Shown: in pieces, positions 12,736 through 25,396 of the stretch
Layout: every line of letters begins with the position of its first letter
Position numbering within the stretch: the stretch's first letter is position 1
Origin: the human T2T-CHM13v2.0 reference genome, Homo sapiens
DNA: 64,000 nt
Assembly: GCF_009914755.1 (NCBI RefSeq)
Contig: NC_060926.1
Direction: 5' to 3' (one strand)
Program-made: the position numbers and the translations under genes
The notes under the pieces: model-generated
What the model was told of the DNA's origin: nothing
What the model saw: only the letters and a program-made list of their open reading frames with translations
The model's database searches: none

Positions 12736-13844
12736 CTAATTAATTAAATAAAATATTATTGATGAGCATTATGCTATTAATTTCCATTTATAGTCTTTTG
12801 CTTATTAAAATTATTTAGAATTGTTTTCTTCACCATTCCCATTTCGCCCTTTGTTCTGAGGTGATGTAAACAATATCCCTACTTAGATAGTTTTTAAGTC
12901 ATATGTTGTTATCTGACTGGTTCTCCAGCTAATACCAATAGTTTTAAAACTATTTCTCTAATTTATTCATCACACATGCCAGTTATTACCATAATCCAGA
13001 GACTCAGTACATCAGCTGTATATTGTAAGAATGGTCTTACAAAGTGACGATTTAAAGTTTTCATAGCTTGAGGGGTTATTTCTCAAACCTCCACCCTATT
13101 CCTGGGATACGGCCTTCTTCTGCCTGTGATATCTTTGTGCCAAATCACATTACTTCCATGGGCACATTTTTCAAAAACCAGAGAGAAGTTCGCAGATTCC
13201 GGTCTTCTTTTTCACCTTATTTCTTCCAAAACTATTGGTTCAAAATCTCTTCTCTGATTGTAGTTCTCAGGAGAAAATTTTCATCTTCCTTTACTAAATT
13301 CAACCCTTAGTTTTTTTGTTTTGTTTTGTTTTTCCTTTTCAAAATAATGAAAACATCTACAAACATTTTCAAGTCACCATTTGTACCATTTGTGCATATG
13401 ATAAAAATCCCCAGGTTTTTTAAAAGTTATATAAAAATAAACTCAAGTACACTAAAATTTGGTAATTTGGGGTTTTATTATTGGATTGGATAGGGATTAT
13501 TTTAGACACGGATGATGAATACAAGCACACCAAAATTCCAAGGACTGCTATTAGTAATATAGTTCATATTTTTGAAAAAGCTGAATTTTCTATACATTTA
13601 AATGCTTTCTTTCTCTTCATGTATTCCCTCCATGACACTAATAAATAAAGCATTAAAATGAAAAATGCCTTTTATTTAGATTACCATTCAAATTTATATC
13701 TAGTTCTGTCTTCCGTTCACATTTTTCTGTAAAACTTCTCATGAAACTTTCTTAGCCAGAATCTCACAGCAGTTTTAGCAACTTTTCTAAAAAAACAAAA
13801 CAAATAAATAGACAATAAAACTTCACAAATTTTAATGGGGCCAT

Positions 13845-13995
13845 ACAAACTCTAAAAGTTGAAAAGACATTTACACTATCTAGTCTATTATCTAGTTTTT
13901 AAAATCCGCCAGAGGTTATATGATTTGCTCTAAGTCACACTGCTGGCTAAATTAGAAACCCAGCTAGAATTCTGGCGTTCTGACCATGAATGCAG
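13845..13995 (-). mobile_element. MIR SINE
   Basis: AGAGGTTATATGATTTGCTCTAAGTCACACTGCT antisense core. Confidence 0.65.
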
Positions 13996-14111
13996 GGCTG
14001 CTTCTGACTGAATTTGCAGTTCTGGCTTTGAGTCCAAAAATACTAAGTGATATCCTGGAAATATACCAGATCTGCAGAAATGTGCGTGACTTCAATGAAA
14101 ATATTTGTTCA

Positions 14112-14257
14112 GGCTGTGTAGGGTGGCTCACGACTGTAATCCCAGCACTTAAGGAGGCAGACGCGGGAGGATAGCTTGAGCCCAGGAGTTAGAGACTAGC
14201 CTGGGCAACATAGCAAGAACCCAGTCTCCACACAAAGGAAAGCAAAAACAAAACAAT
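14112..14257 (+). mobile_element. FLAM (free left Alu monomer)
   Basis: Single monomer ending in A-rich tail; perfect direct repeat AAAATATTTGTTCAG at 14098-14112 and 14258-14272. Confidence 0.92.
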
Positions 14258-14982
14258 AAAATATTTGTTCAGAGGTCAAGGAGCAAAAGATATTGGTGAA
14301 CTCCTTTCCTTTGGAAATAACATATTAAGTATCTTGTATATTTTCACCCAGCATTGGTATGTCATGATTCATCTACTGCTAAACAAGTTAGGTTTGTGCT
14401 AAGATACACATAGTGAAGCTTAAAGAAAAAATGAAAAGGACATCAGGTCTTTCCAGGCAAGGAAGGTCCATTTCGTCCATGAATGGCGCTTTGAGCCTCT
14501 AGATACATTCATCTCTCTCATTACTTTAGCTACAGAAGATCTGTTATTGGAGGATTGTCCCAACAAGTGTAAGGCACTGTTTAATGAAGGAGAACAGGGA
14601 CAACTTGATCACATTTCTCTGTCACTAACACTTTGCTCTGGTTATTTCTCTGTGAAATTTTTTCCCAAGAAATCCTTTGGCTGAATGTGGAGGAAAAGAG
14701 CGGAAGGACTTGGGGCTGTTGCAGCAAAGGAGCCCCACCTCTGCAGGTTTTGCCCACACTATGAAGATGCTGTGCAGCCCGGGGTGAGGGTGTCCTGGCT
14801 TCCATACCGACTACCATATTCCCCTGTCCCTTGCAACCCAGTCTTCCTGCTGTGGCTACTAAAGTCTTTGCCTCCCTGCTCATCACCGCTCCTCACACAC
14901 TTGAGGTTTTGGAAGTTGTCATGCTGGATCTGGATATTGTTAAGTTGTTGATCCTTCCAAGACCAGCTGCTGCTCTACCATT

Positions 14983-15082
14983 TATAAAAGGCCAAGAAGC
15001 CTCCATCTCCCTTTGTCCAGCACATTCTGATTGTGGTCAATCTCAACAGAAACACATGTAGTGAAATGAAGGCCGGGTATGT
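14983..15082 (+). promoter_or_regulatory. Candidate TATA promoter with short first exon
   Basis: TATAAAAG 14983-14990 in apparently unique DNA; donor CGG|GTATGT at 15076/15077; motif evidence only. Confidence 0.3.
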
Positions 15083-15909
15083 GGGTCTTTTCCTACGCTG
15101 CAAAATGGATTCATTGTTCTGCGGAATTTGAGCCTGACCAGAACAGCAGGACTTATAAGCCCCAGGACTGAAAATAAACTCCACAGTCTTTCAGATTCAC
15201 AGGGGTCAGGAAAGGAGGAGACCTAGAAGAATCTCATGTTCCAAAGACAAACTCTCCTGCTACCAAATACCCACATTCTCGGAAGCCGAGAATATTTGGA
15301 CATCTCCCAGTGCCAGACTTGCTTGCATTTCACATCTGGGCATGGTGTTGCCCTAGAGCCAAGATAAACTCACGGTGGGGAAGTCCAGGGACACCGAAGT
15401 GTTCAAGAAATGGCTTTTCTCATTCAGGAATCCTTCCCCTGTCAAATCCCAGGAATTATCTTGGGGGTCAGACAGAAATTTAAGTTCCATCATCACAACT
15501 GCCTTCACAACCACCACTGCCATAACCGGTCATCAGAATGACTTGCCCAGGGCCACACAGGTGAGACATTCGGGCCAGGACAACCATGCAGGCCCCTGAC
15601 TCTGGGACCCGTGCTTCCTCTTCTTCACATCATAAATTAAAGGGACATTCATTATTTTTAGATGATCCAAGGGCGGATCTATAGGAAGAGAGTTGAGAAA
15701 ATATGCATTCGGCCAAATTTTATAAGTATAAATTGATTAAATAATGTAATAAAAATTTAAGTATATATTCAGAGATAAACATGAGAAAGAGAAACAGAGA
15801 TGATAGAAATGATGAAGACAGAGACAAGGTAGTGTGACTCCAGGAGACCAGGGAAGGTCACAGATCTCAAAACATGACCTCTCAAAATGCTGACTACAGG
15901 CTGTAATTC

Positions 15910-16600
15910 AACTATTCATTCAGCAAGAATTTATTTATCAAGTCCTTAAGATTAAATTGATAAACATGATTCAGTTCCAGCCCTGGAGAAGTTCAGCATT
16001 TGGAAGGAGCAGAGGCTAATATTAAGTATCGTGGATGCCTAGAGGAGAAAGAGATGTCTTCTATTTCGGGCATAGACATTGGTGAAAATCCAAACTTTGT
16101 CAGTAAAATGTAGCATTTTTAAATGTTGTCAATCATTCATATCTACATATAGCAATGAAGAACAAAGACTCTGGATGAAGTGCAGTGGGAAAAACTATTG
16201 TAATAGAGCCTTCAAGGAGGAATAAAGCTTGGGATATGGGAAAAGTTAACCTGAGCATAGGAGAGAAAGTACTGGTTCTCAAAGCAAATTTTATTCATTT
16301 GTATGAAGGTCTGACAGGGACTATGAAGATAAGTCATAAAGACAAGGGCGATTCACCAGGTTTTCAAAGACAAGTTTGAAACACATCTCAAGTTTTATAG
16401 AAAAATGATACTCTAGTGCAATAATGGAGTCAATAGGTCCCTGGTTCGGCACGGCAGGTCTAAGAGCATACTTAATGTATTCATTAGGTAAACATTTATT
16501 GAATAGATCTGATATATCAAGAACATGGCCAGCATAAATGTAAAGGGATGAACAAGACATAATAACTGTACTTATGAAAACCAATGTGTGGTGGCCAAGC
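15910..16600 (-). mobile_element. L2 3' fragments (two, ~15910-16070 and ~16465-16600)
   Basis: ATTCATTCAGCAAGAATTTATT and ATTCATTAGGTAAACATTTATTGAAT are antisense L2 termini. Confidence 0.65.
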
Positions 16601-16799
16601 CAATAGTCTAGGGGCTAAAACTAACCTTTGTTCAATCTAGGACTCCAGGACCAGATGCCCATCATGGAAAGCAGTTGTGTTTGCCTTCCCACAGTGAAAT
16701 GTGGTCATACCTACAGGACATGGTTCATGCCCCCTGAAGTGGTGATAGATGAAGACTAAGGTTTCTCTGTCTCCATGTTAATGCATCTTCCTGTTAGGC

Positions 16800-17610
16800 A
16801 TCTATCATTGTCAGCATCAATTGAATTTTTTCTGAACTTGTCATGTATCCATCAATACTTCTGAGCATTGCCTACCACTGTCTACTCTTCTTTCACTATT
16901 ATGTTTCATTATTATGCCCCACATCCTACTACCTAAAATCCCCTGAGACCTGCTTTCTCTATTTACTGCAACAATGTCACTGCCACTGCCCAAGTCCAGG
17001 CCCTAGTCATATGGCTCACACATTATCAGCAACGGCCTTCTGCCTTGCCCCCTCCCTCTGAGTCCCATATCGCCAAAAACATCCGAGAAACTGTTGCATA
17101 AATGATCTTTCTAAGCAACATACCTAATCATATTTCAGCCCTGATGTAAATTCACCAGAGGCCTCCTCTTCTCCTGTCTCGTCTCATACACCCTAGCTTG
17201 AGTGTCCCGTGCATACTCTCCATCCTAGCGCATGGCTTTGTGGACAGACTCTATTCTGGTCTCATCACCTCCATGCACCATTCTCTCCAGCTTTGCTTCA
17301 ATATTTGCTGTTTCTTACTCATTGGCCTTTATACAAGCTATTTACACAACTAGCATGCCCTTTCTTCTCCTTCATCCAGCAGCTGACACCTACTCCGACA
17401 TCAGATCTAAGAACAGCTCACCTCTTTCATAAGTTTTTCTCCCACTGGCTAATTTAAATGATTACAGGCTTACATGATATCCAAGTGGATAAGCTTATTA
17501 TAAGTTTTCCTCACTGCTTTGTATTTACTACTTTATTTCTCTGGCTTACAACTAAATAGTCAAAAAGTAGTTGGTAGAGGGAATAAAGGGTAAACAAATG
17601 AATGAGAATC
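16800..17610 (+). mobile_element. L2 fragment
   Basis: C/T-rich; CACTGCCACTGCCCAAGTCCAGGCC, ATGATCTTTCTAA, ending AAATGAATGA. Confidence 0.7.
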
Positions 17611-19144
17611 TTGTCATCTCTCCTCCCTTGTTTTGCTTTAATTTATTTTCAAATTGGAGAAAGGAAAAAAATGATTCCTTAAAAACAAACCAAAAAATGC
17701 CCTTAAAAAAGAGCAGAGAAATTCTACCCCTCGAATCCCACCCTACTCTAGAAAGCTGAGAAAATGTAAGTGTTCATTGTTTGGAGGAATACGCTCTTCC
17801 TTTTCCTGTCTCCAGTGGCTCCTTTTCCTGAAGAAGGTCAATGGACCACATGGGGCCATTCAAAGCCAGCCAAGGTCACATGGACGGGGTTTGTTGGCTT
17901 CATCTCAGAGGATCTCTGGTTGAGTTGAATAAAGTTGCAACTTTATACATTTGGCTCATGCAAAGCCTTTTTAAAATAAGACTCTTCCATCTGAATTTCA
18001 AAACTTGTGCATATAGGACTTCCCCATTCCCTAAAGGCTCTTATTTCTAGTGGAGCTACGACATCACTTGTGCTCACAGGATGCATAAAACAAATTATCT
18101 TTCTGGTCCACACCCTGAATTTCACAGAATTAGACATTTTTCCTGTCTCCTAGGAAGATGCAAAATGTGTTACATCCAGCTCTCAGAAATACATCCAGTT
18201 AAGCAAGTCATTTTCTACTTTGTATCATTCTAATCCCTACTGGTACTTCTTGAAGCTTCCAATGAGGCAGATTTTCATAATAACTTTAATAAAATCTTAC
18301 TACCCCTTATTTTGCTCATGTTACTGAGCCATGATAAACTGCAATGTAACTGAGTGAAATGGAGAGTCAGTTGAGTTGGGCATGGTAGGGAGGCATTGAT
18401 GTGCTTTCTGCACTCTCTTGTTCAGTTATCCTGCAAGGGAATTCTCCAATCACAGCATATTCAGCTTAAATAACAGAAAAATGGAAAACTTTACCTAGAA
18501 AGGGTGAATGAATCATCTTATACAATAATTTTGCTTTATAAATGAAAAAAACAAAACGGAGAAAGTCATTTGTCTGTGACTGCAGTTGCTGGCAGAGTTA
18601 GATGCAGGATCTTGACTATGAGTATTAGTATCACTAATTTGAGAGGTCCAGGAAGATCCTAACATCCTGAAAAAAATGTTCTAGGAGATATGTATTCATA
18701 GTAAGGATTTTGGCTTCATCAATTTCAAAAAGCTCATGACAGTGAAAAATATTGAGAGTTATATTCAAAGATCCTTTAAGCTCAAGGAGTCTCTTATTCT
18801 ACAAAACATTCTTTGGACCTGTGTTGTCTCTAGCGTAAGTTCAGAAGAAGCAGAAAAATAAAACTTTCCTTTTTTCCCCCAAATGGAAGTCTTATTTAAA
18901 TTGAATTTCTTTCTTCCTTAGAACTTATAGATAAGCTTTTGCACAACAAAATAGTTCAAGGAACTTTAATAAGTTTTCAATAGATTCACAAGTAGGTTTT
19001 TATTTCTACCTTCCTTTAAGAAAATACATAGCAGTACTCAAATCTTTATGACCATCAAATTTTACCATATTAGGAAACTTTTGTCTAATAGTAACTCTAT
19101 TAAGTGCATTGCTCAGAAGGCCACAAAATTCCTAATATGCCAGT

Positions 19145-19295
19145 CCAGATAGACTCATAGCATAGATAAAGCTGAGAGGACCTCAATCCCCATCTGGTGA
19201 AAGTCTCCGTCTACTGTTAGAAATAACAAGGACTTCCAAAGGGGAGTGACTTGGAGAAGGGTATATTGCAGCTAGTGGCCAAGGAGCCCAGGACT
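19145..19295 (-). mobile_element. MIR SINE followed by A27 tract
   Basis: GAGTGACTTGGAGAAGG...GCAGCTAGTGGCC; poly-A 19296-19322. Confidence 0.55.
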
Positions 19296-19326
<31 letters not shown>

Positions 19327-20989
19327 GGGGGGTTATATGAGTTTTGGGACTCATGATGTTCATGCTTCTTGGTACTCCTTCAACACTGGTAAAACATAGT
19401 AGGCATTAGGTGAGGTTCAGGCATGGAGCATAATATCATGGATGGAGAGATGAACAAAGAACTTTTCCTCTCCTTGGACTCATAAATGAATAAGAGAAAA
19501 TAGACAGGCTTCTTCTAGAACATCTGTTGACATATAAAGTGTTTCAATTTTCAATATGTGTCTCTACAATGACCCAGATGTTCAGAATAACTTTTATTAA
19601 ACCCTGCTAACTCAGATTCAGTTTGCCCCAGGAGACCATGATAAAGATGAAGACGATGGTTGAGTATATATTATTGGTAACAAGAAACAGTATTTTTATG
19701 CACTGAAGTCACCTAACATCTCACTTTTTTATTTTTATAGGTCAAAAGTGCTTTCATCCAGTGGAAATAATGACTTCATATTGCAGAAAAAAGGAAAGAT
19801 GACATTTGGTTTGCTTTATTAAAGACTTTGTCTATTAATTATAAATGAACCTTTGTACATGGTCACCGAGAGGGAAAGTGTAGTGTGACTTTTATATCCA
19901 AGAAAGCATGAAAACATCAACATGACTGTTGGCCCTCTGAGATAGAGGTCTCAAATCTGTAGTCTGGTTAACCCTCTTCCTTCAATGTTGCTTTAATGTT
20001 TTCTCTTTATTTAACTATTACTTACAAAGCCTCTGGTACACCAGGTAGTCTGCCAGAGGCTAGAAAATCAGAGATGAATAAAACCTGATGCATATCTTAA
20101 AAGTGCCAGAGAAGGCTGGAACCAGTGGTGAATCTTTGCACAATGAAGAGGGAAGTGGTCCTACCTGGGAGTGTGCTGGGGAAGTTCTGTGCATGAATGT
20201 GTGAGGGATTCTGTAAGAATCACCACCTGCTCACCAAATCTTACCACATCCTGTAGCTCAGGTGAATTCTCCAAATGTGTCTAGGATACCTGGATGATAT
20301 TGAGGAAAGTTATAAAATAATGATGGAAAACAATTATATATGCAATTTTGTGCTACTCAGATACCTTTTTACATTAGACTCTGGACTAAATTAACCAGGG
20401 GCATTTTGCAGAACCCCTGATTTGACATAAAATGTTGTATCCACTAGCACTGCCCCTCATGCCCCAATTGTGAAAAGTTATCTCATGTTGCAGAAGATGG
20501 GAGAGCAGTGTCTGATGGCAGCATGCTATGGGAAGTCATGCAGGCTGGTATGGTTATAACCAGAAGCCAGGTCACATGTAGCCAGGTGGTGAATACTCAT
20601 CAAAACAGGGACAACCATGGCTTGACACTAATGAGCCTCTGAGTGGAAGAAGAGTAATCATTGCAATCTTACAAAGTTCAGAGGTCAGCATACTGTGATC
20701 TTGATTCCAGCTGGAGCTATACATCATTCAACCAGCCACTGGTCATGCCACATTTTATCAATGCTAAGAGCAAAGAAATCCTGCCCATCATAAAAGACAA
20801 GGCCCTATCTCAAGATTTTAAAATCTAGTTTGGATACCAGTCTAGGGGAAAACTAGTATCTCCCAAACATCCTTACCCCTTCCTTGAAATCTCTCTTGCT
20901 CCTATTCTGATTCTTGTTTCTTTCTTCCTTTCTATTCTAATGATTTTCCCTAATTTTACACCCAGGAATAATTATTATATTAATAGTTT

Positions 20990-21250
20990 CTATTATAATA
21001 AAAGCTTACATTTTTCTAAGTGCTTACTTTGCGCCAGACTCTGTCTGAAAAGCTTCGAGTATATTGGTCCATTTAATCCCCATAATAAATTTAGAAACTA
21101 TTTTAACCAATCATATATTTTACTTCCAATATGAATCATTCAGAAGTAAAATGACTTGCCTAAAGTCATACAGTGAGCAAGCAGGGGAGCTGGCCTTCAG
21201 ATCCTGCAACCTCACCTTAGAGCTTGATCTCATAAGGACTGCTGTCCTCT
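20990..21250 (-). mobile_element. MIR SINE
   Basis: AAGTGCTTACTTTGCGCCAGAC...CATTTAATCCCCATAAT...TGACTTGCCTAAAGTCATACAG. Confidence 0.85.
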
Positions 21251-21437
21251 CTGCTCACTGCCTTGTCCTCACAGGCCAATTTCATCACACGTGTGTTACA
21301 GGTGACTCCAATAGGAAATCCAGCTTCTCTTTGGCCCATACGACGTTTAAAACACCTCTTAAAAGTTTTGCCTTTTTGTGTGACCTCTGCCATTTTTGGT
21401 GGTCCCAGGAATGGCATGTATGACTCTCCAATCTGCT

Positions 21438-21494
21438 TGGCTCAAGGTTGACTTTTTGTGGCTCAAGGTTGACTTTTCATGACTCAAGATTGAA
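21438..21494. repeat. 21-bp tandem repeat, ~2.7 copies
   Basis: TGGCTCAAGGTTGACTTTTTG / TGGCTCAAGGTTGACTTTTCA / TGACTCAAGATTGAA. Confidence 0.9.
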
Positions 21495-22739
21495 TCACCA
21501 ATAACGTCTTTGTGAACTGTCCATAATAAAAATTAGGAGGGTCTTTAGGAAGATGTAGCTTTTATTAGGTTTAAGAATGACAAAATATTAAAATCAGACC
21601 TAAATTACTGTTCATGTTATAATTTAAATTTTGGGAGATGTGGTAGGGGCTCCACCATCTAATCTAAACTATTTCTCTCCAATGGAAAGAGGAAAGTTTT
21701 TGCAATCCCAAATGGCTAACTTCGTGATACTACAGAGAGTCTTATGCCTTCTTTTTATGGATAGACATACAGTAGTGACAATGATGCTGAAAGACTTAGG
21801 TCCATCTGAGTTTCAAACACATGGCCAACTAAAATGGGAGAAAACATTTTCTGGGTCCACCTACCCCAGGAAGGGGGCTCATGAATGTGAGGAATATTTC
21901 AGAGGAAATTTGCTAATCAACAAAGCAACTAAATAGTAGGTAGCCAGGCTCTCTGGCAACAAACCAAATCCCTAGAAAGAATCATTCACCCTTAATGCTG
22001 GAGAGGTCATCAAGTCCAACCTTCCAAAATTGCACCCTCTTACTCAGTATGATAATTTCCTCCTACATCTTAGGAATCTTCTTCTCTAGCTTCACCTTGA
22101 AAAACAATAGCAGTGAGATGTTTACTAACTCCTATGCCCACCTGCTCTCTTTCTGCCTTTAGTTGTTGAAGTATTTATCCATCAATAACTACATATAATA
22201 GGTGATATGTAGATGAGATCCGACTCTATAGGGATTCCATCTGCTTGTGATAATGGGTACATCACACCTCCCTGTATATTCTGAAAGACAGGCATTCACT
22301 TTGTCAAACAGTCCTTCCTACCATGTTATGTCTAAAAGGATCTCACCAGTGCTGCTATGCTGTCATCTTTAACTTCATAAGCTCTTCTGTTATGCATCTT
22401 CTACCAGTTTGTAAGGCCTCTGGAGACAAATAGCAGACCCTCAGTTTCTTTCTGTTGCCTACAGTGCCCAGCAAAAAGTTTGCCTCAACAGATTTGTCTT
22501 AAAACCAACGCAGTAGAGTAAGAAGTTACCTGTCTCAAGATCTAGATGCGAATTCTAACTCTAGCTCTGGACAGATAGCTATGAGTAAGTCTCTTGTATT
22601 TCTTGTCTTTGTATAATATTTCTAAGACTAGAAAAGCAATGAAGACTGGAAAAGCAAGAGACTTACCCATAATTTTTAATGTAGAGAAGGAGATGATGAA
22701 GACAGTTATGTTAAATGCTCTCTGTGAACAAATTTCAGG

Positions 22740-22975
22740 GTCACTGAAGTCGGTAGATGTGAAGTCTGGTTTTGAATCTTACATCTGCAATTTACTGACT
22801 GCAAATAAAATGACAATCTCCCTGAATCTCATTTTCATCAGTTTTAAAATCAAAGTATTTGTAGCATTTATGACACAAGATTGTTTTGAAGATTAATTAT
22901 ATGAGATCACATATATAATGGGCTTAGCCCATAATACCTGGCATATAGTAAAATGTTCAATAAATGTTAGCTATT
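22740..22975 (+). mobile_element. MIR SINE
   Basis: Ends CCTGGCATATAGTAAAATGTTCAATAAATGTTAGCTATT, the MIR 3' terminus. Confidence 0.9.
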
Positions 22976-23089
22976 TTAAGACCTTTAAGATGTGAGAGCC
23001 AAGAAGCATTCTCTTGAGCGGTTCTTGCCAGATGGTTTCCTTACTCTGGGTTTGGCTGTTTCTTGGGAATGTGTTCAGTGAAAAAAAAT

Positions 23090-24262
23090 TCAACAAATCA
23101 ATTAACAAACATCCACCAATACCTTCTACATGCAACAGAATGCTTCAGGCACTGTGCATGATCCAATAAGAGTAAGATGTCCTCTCCCTAGAAGAGATAA
23201 TTTAATTAAGAAGATAAAGCAACACATGAAAACAAAACTAAAAATTCAAAGTAATAATGGATTCTCAATGGGTAATACATGCTTTGTTTCCTAAAGGAAC
23301 ACACTCTTTCCAGCCCAGATTGTTAGGGAGAGCTCCCTAGGGGAGGGAAGGTTTAAGTTGGCATTATTTCCACCTCCTCCACAGTAATAATACATTGTAT
23401 TCTCAATTCCACCAAAACAAAATCAAAATAAAGACAATGCAAGCTCCTTCTTCTGGATGTCTTCTCTTAGTAAATAGCATCATCACTTACCTAGAATTCC
23501 AAGGAGAAGGGCTCCCTAAAACCCTCTTTCCCTCAACTACCATGTCTATTTGGTCATGAACATCTTCAGCACCTAGAGCTGAAAATACTCAAATCTGGGT
23601 CCTTCTTCCCAAATCCTCTGTGCCAATTGAGGTTTCATTGCTACTGGGTCTCTGATACTGTCTTCTTCAGCGTTCCCTTTCTTTCACTTCCACATCTCCC
23701 CACTCCATTTGTTCAGGTGATGACCATTGTGGTGTTTTCCCCAAGGAATGAAGGCCACAGGACAGTGACTGTTGTGCCTGCCTCCTGGCATCTGGAGGAT
23801 GGATGGTTTTATTCCAGTCATACCACAGCTGTGAATTGTCCTCTGATTATCATGCTTTTTCTAATCTCCATTGTTTCTCACACCAGGAAAACCCTTTTCT
23901 CCTACTTCTCCATTAAGAACACCCACCATCCTGTATCTTAAAGAACATGTAGAAGGTATCACATCCTTTAGAATTCCATTCAGTGTCTCCACTTCCAGGA
24001 AGCCTGTGCCAATACCTTCCTAGTGTGAATCAGGTACTCCTCTGAGCTAGTCTAGGTCCCTGGGCTGAGCTCAGTGATTCCTCCTAATTATGCTGAAATC
24101 ATCTGTGTCTATCTGACTTGTTCACAGATACAGAGCTTCTTCTTCTTTTTTTTTTTTAAATAAAAAGAAGACAAATCATGGGTCATCTATTTCTGTGTCT
24201 TGTCTCCTGTGCACAGCGTAACACAGTCTTAAGAAATATTGGTTGAAAGTGAGTGAATGTAC
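23090..24262. mobile_element. L2 fragments (minus ~23090-23360, plus ~23440-24262)
   Basis: AATCAATTAACAAACAT...CAGGCACTGTGC (antisense end); GCACAGCGTAACACAG...AAATATTGGTTGAAAGTGAGTGAATG (sense end). Confidence 0.65.
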
Positions 24263-25396
24263 CTATGTGACCTCTGAAAGATAAATAAAATTTGATTAAA
24301 TTTGCCAAATACAGGAAGTCTCTACAAGGAAAAGGCGTAGTAAAGAAAACATACTGCGAAGATGGCTAGATGTCTCTGGTGATATTAAGCAGTATCTGCC
24401 CCAAAATAGAGAACCTCATCAGCCAAGTGATTTACCTTCAAAACTGTAAATATCAAGAAACACTGAACCTAGATCTCCCTACTTTGCTGAACTGAGAGGA
24501 AAGTTGCTTAATTTTTTTATTATTAATCCATGTTGAATGTTCTCCTCTTCCACCTCAGCCCTTCACAGGTCCTCTAAAAGCCTAGATCTTGGTGTGGAAT
24601 CCCAGAAATATACAGTGGCCCCTTGTACTGTTGATGTTTTAACGGAGTTGTCAGGGAGTGGGAGGGTGCGCAACAGAACGCAGCAATGGTTTGAACATCC
24701 CTTTATCCTTTTCCATCCCATAAAGGACATTTTTCTGTATATAAATATGATAATGCTATCTACTGAGCAAAGCAGAAGCATTTTCAATGCTGCACAAATT
24801 AAGAAAGAGAATCCTTTGAAAGAAGTCTGTTTTTCAGGGTAAAAGTAAGACCACCAGCTACTGCCCAGGAAAAAAAAATATATCTGTAGTAGTTTTTAAT
24901 ATTAGTTTGATGAGATCTAGGTTATAAACAGGTCTGGTGCCATGTAATTTGCAACATAATTTCACTGTCTGTTTATCTATCCATCCGTCCACCCATTCAT
25001 ATGTATATAACATAGGCAGGAAATCTGGTGTCTGTTGCTAGTTCATAAATCAGTGTCTGCTCTCAACAACATCTGAATACAAATGTGATTAAATTTGATA
25101 CCATGCCCATTTTTCATTTATCAGATTTTAGAATGTGATGCCGTGGCAGCTGTCCTATGGTAATGTGTTTTGCAGTTAACCCCCTGAGTCCCAACTTCCT
25201 TCAACATATGAAGCCCTTGCAGAGACATTAGAAATTCACAGAACAAGACACCTACTCTGCTTATCACAGAGAAAGTTTTCCTCAGCATATCAAGGAAAGA
25301 AGAGAGGGGAAAGAGCTGGAAATAACATTAGAAAATTGAAGAAAACCTCAGAATTGCTGCGTTTCTGATCTGCAGAAGACTTTAGAGACTGTCTAG

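Noticed and set aside
13041-13123. Minus-strand exon-like segment ending TTT|GTAAGA
   Set aside because: Poor polypyrimidine tract and stops in all three frames.
13512-13584. ATGATGA ... CTGA spaced like a C/D box snoRNA
   Set aside because: No terminal stem and no recognisable rRNA/snRNA guide.
21438-21494. Repeat array as possible CRISPR-like structure
   Set aside because: No spacers; eukaryotic DNA; simple tandem duplication.
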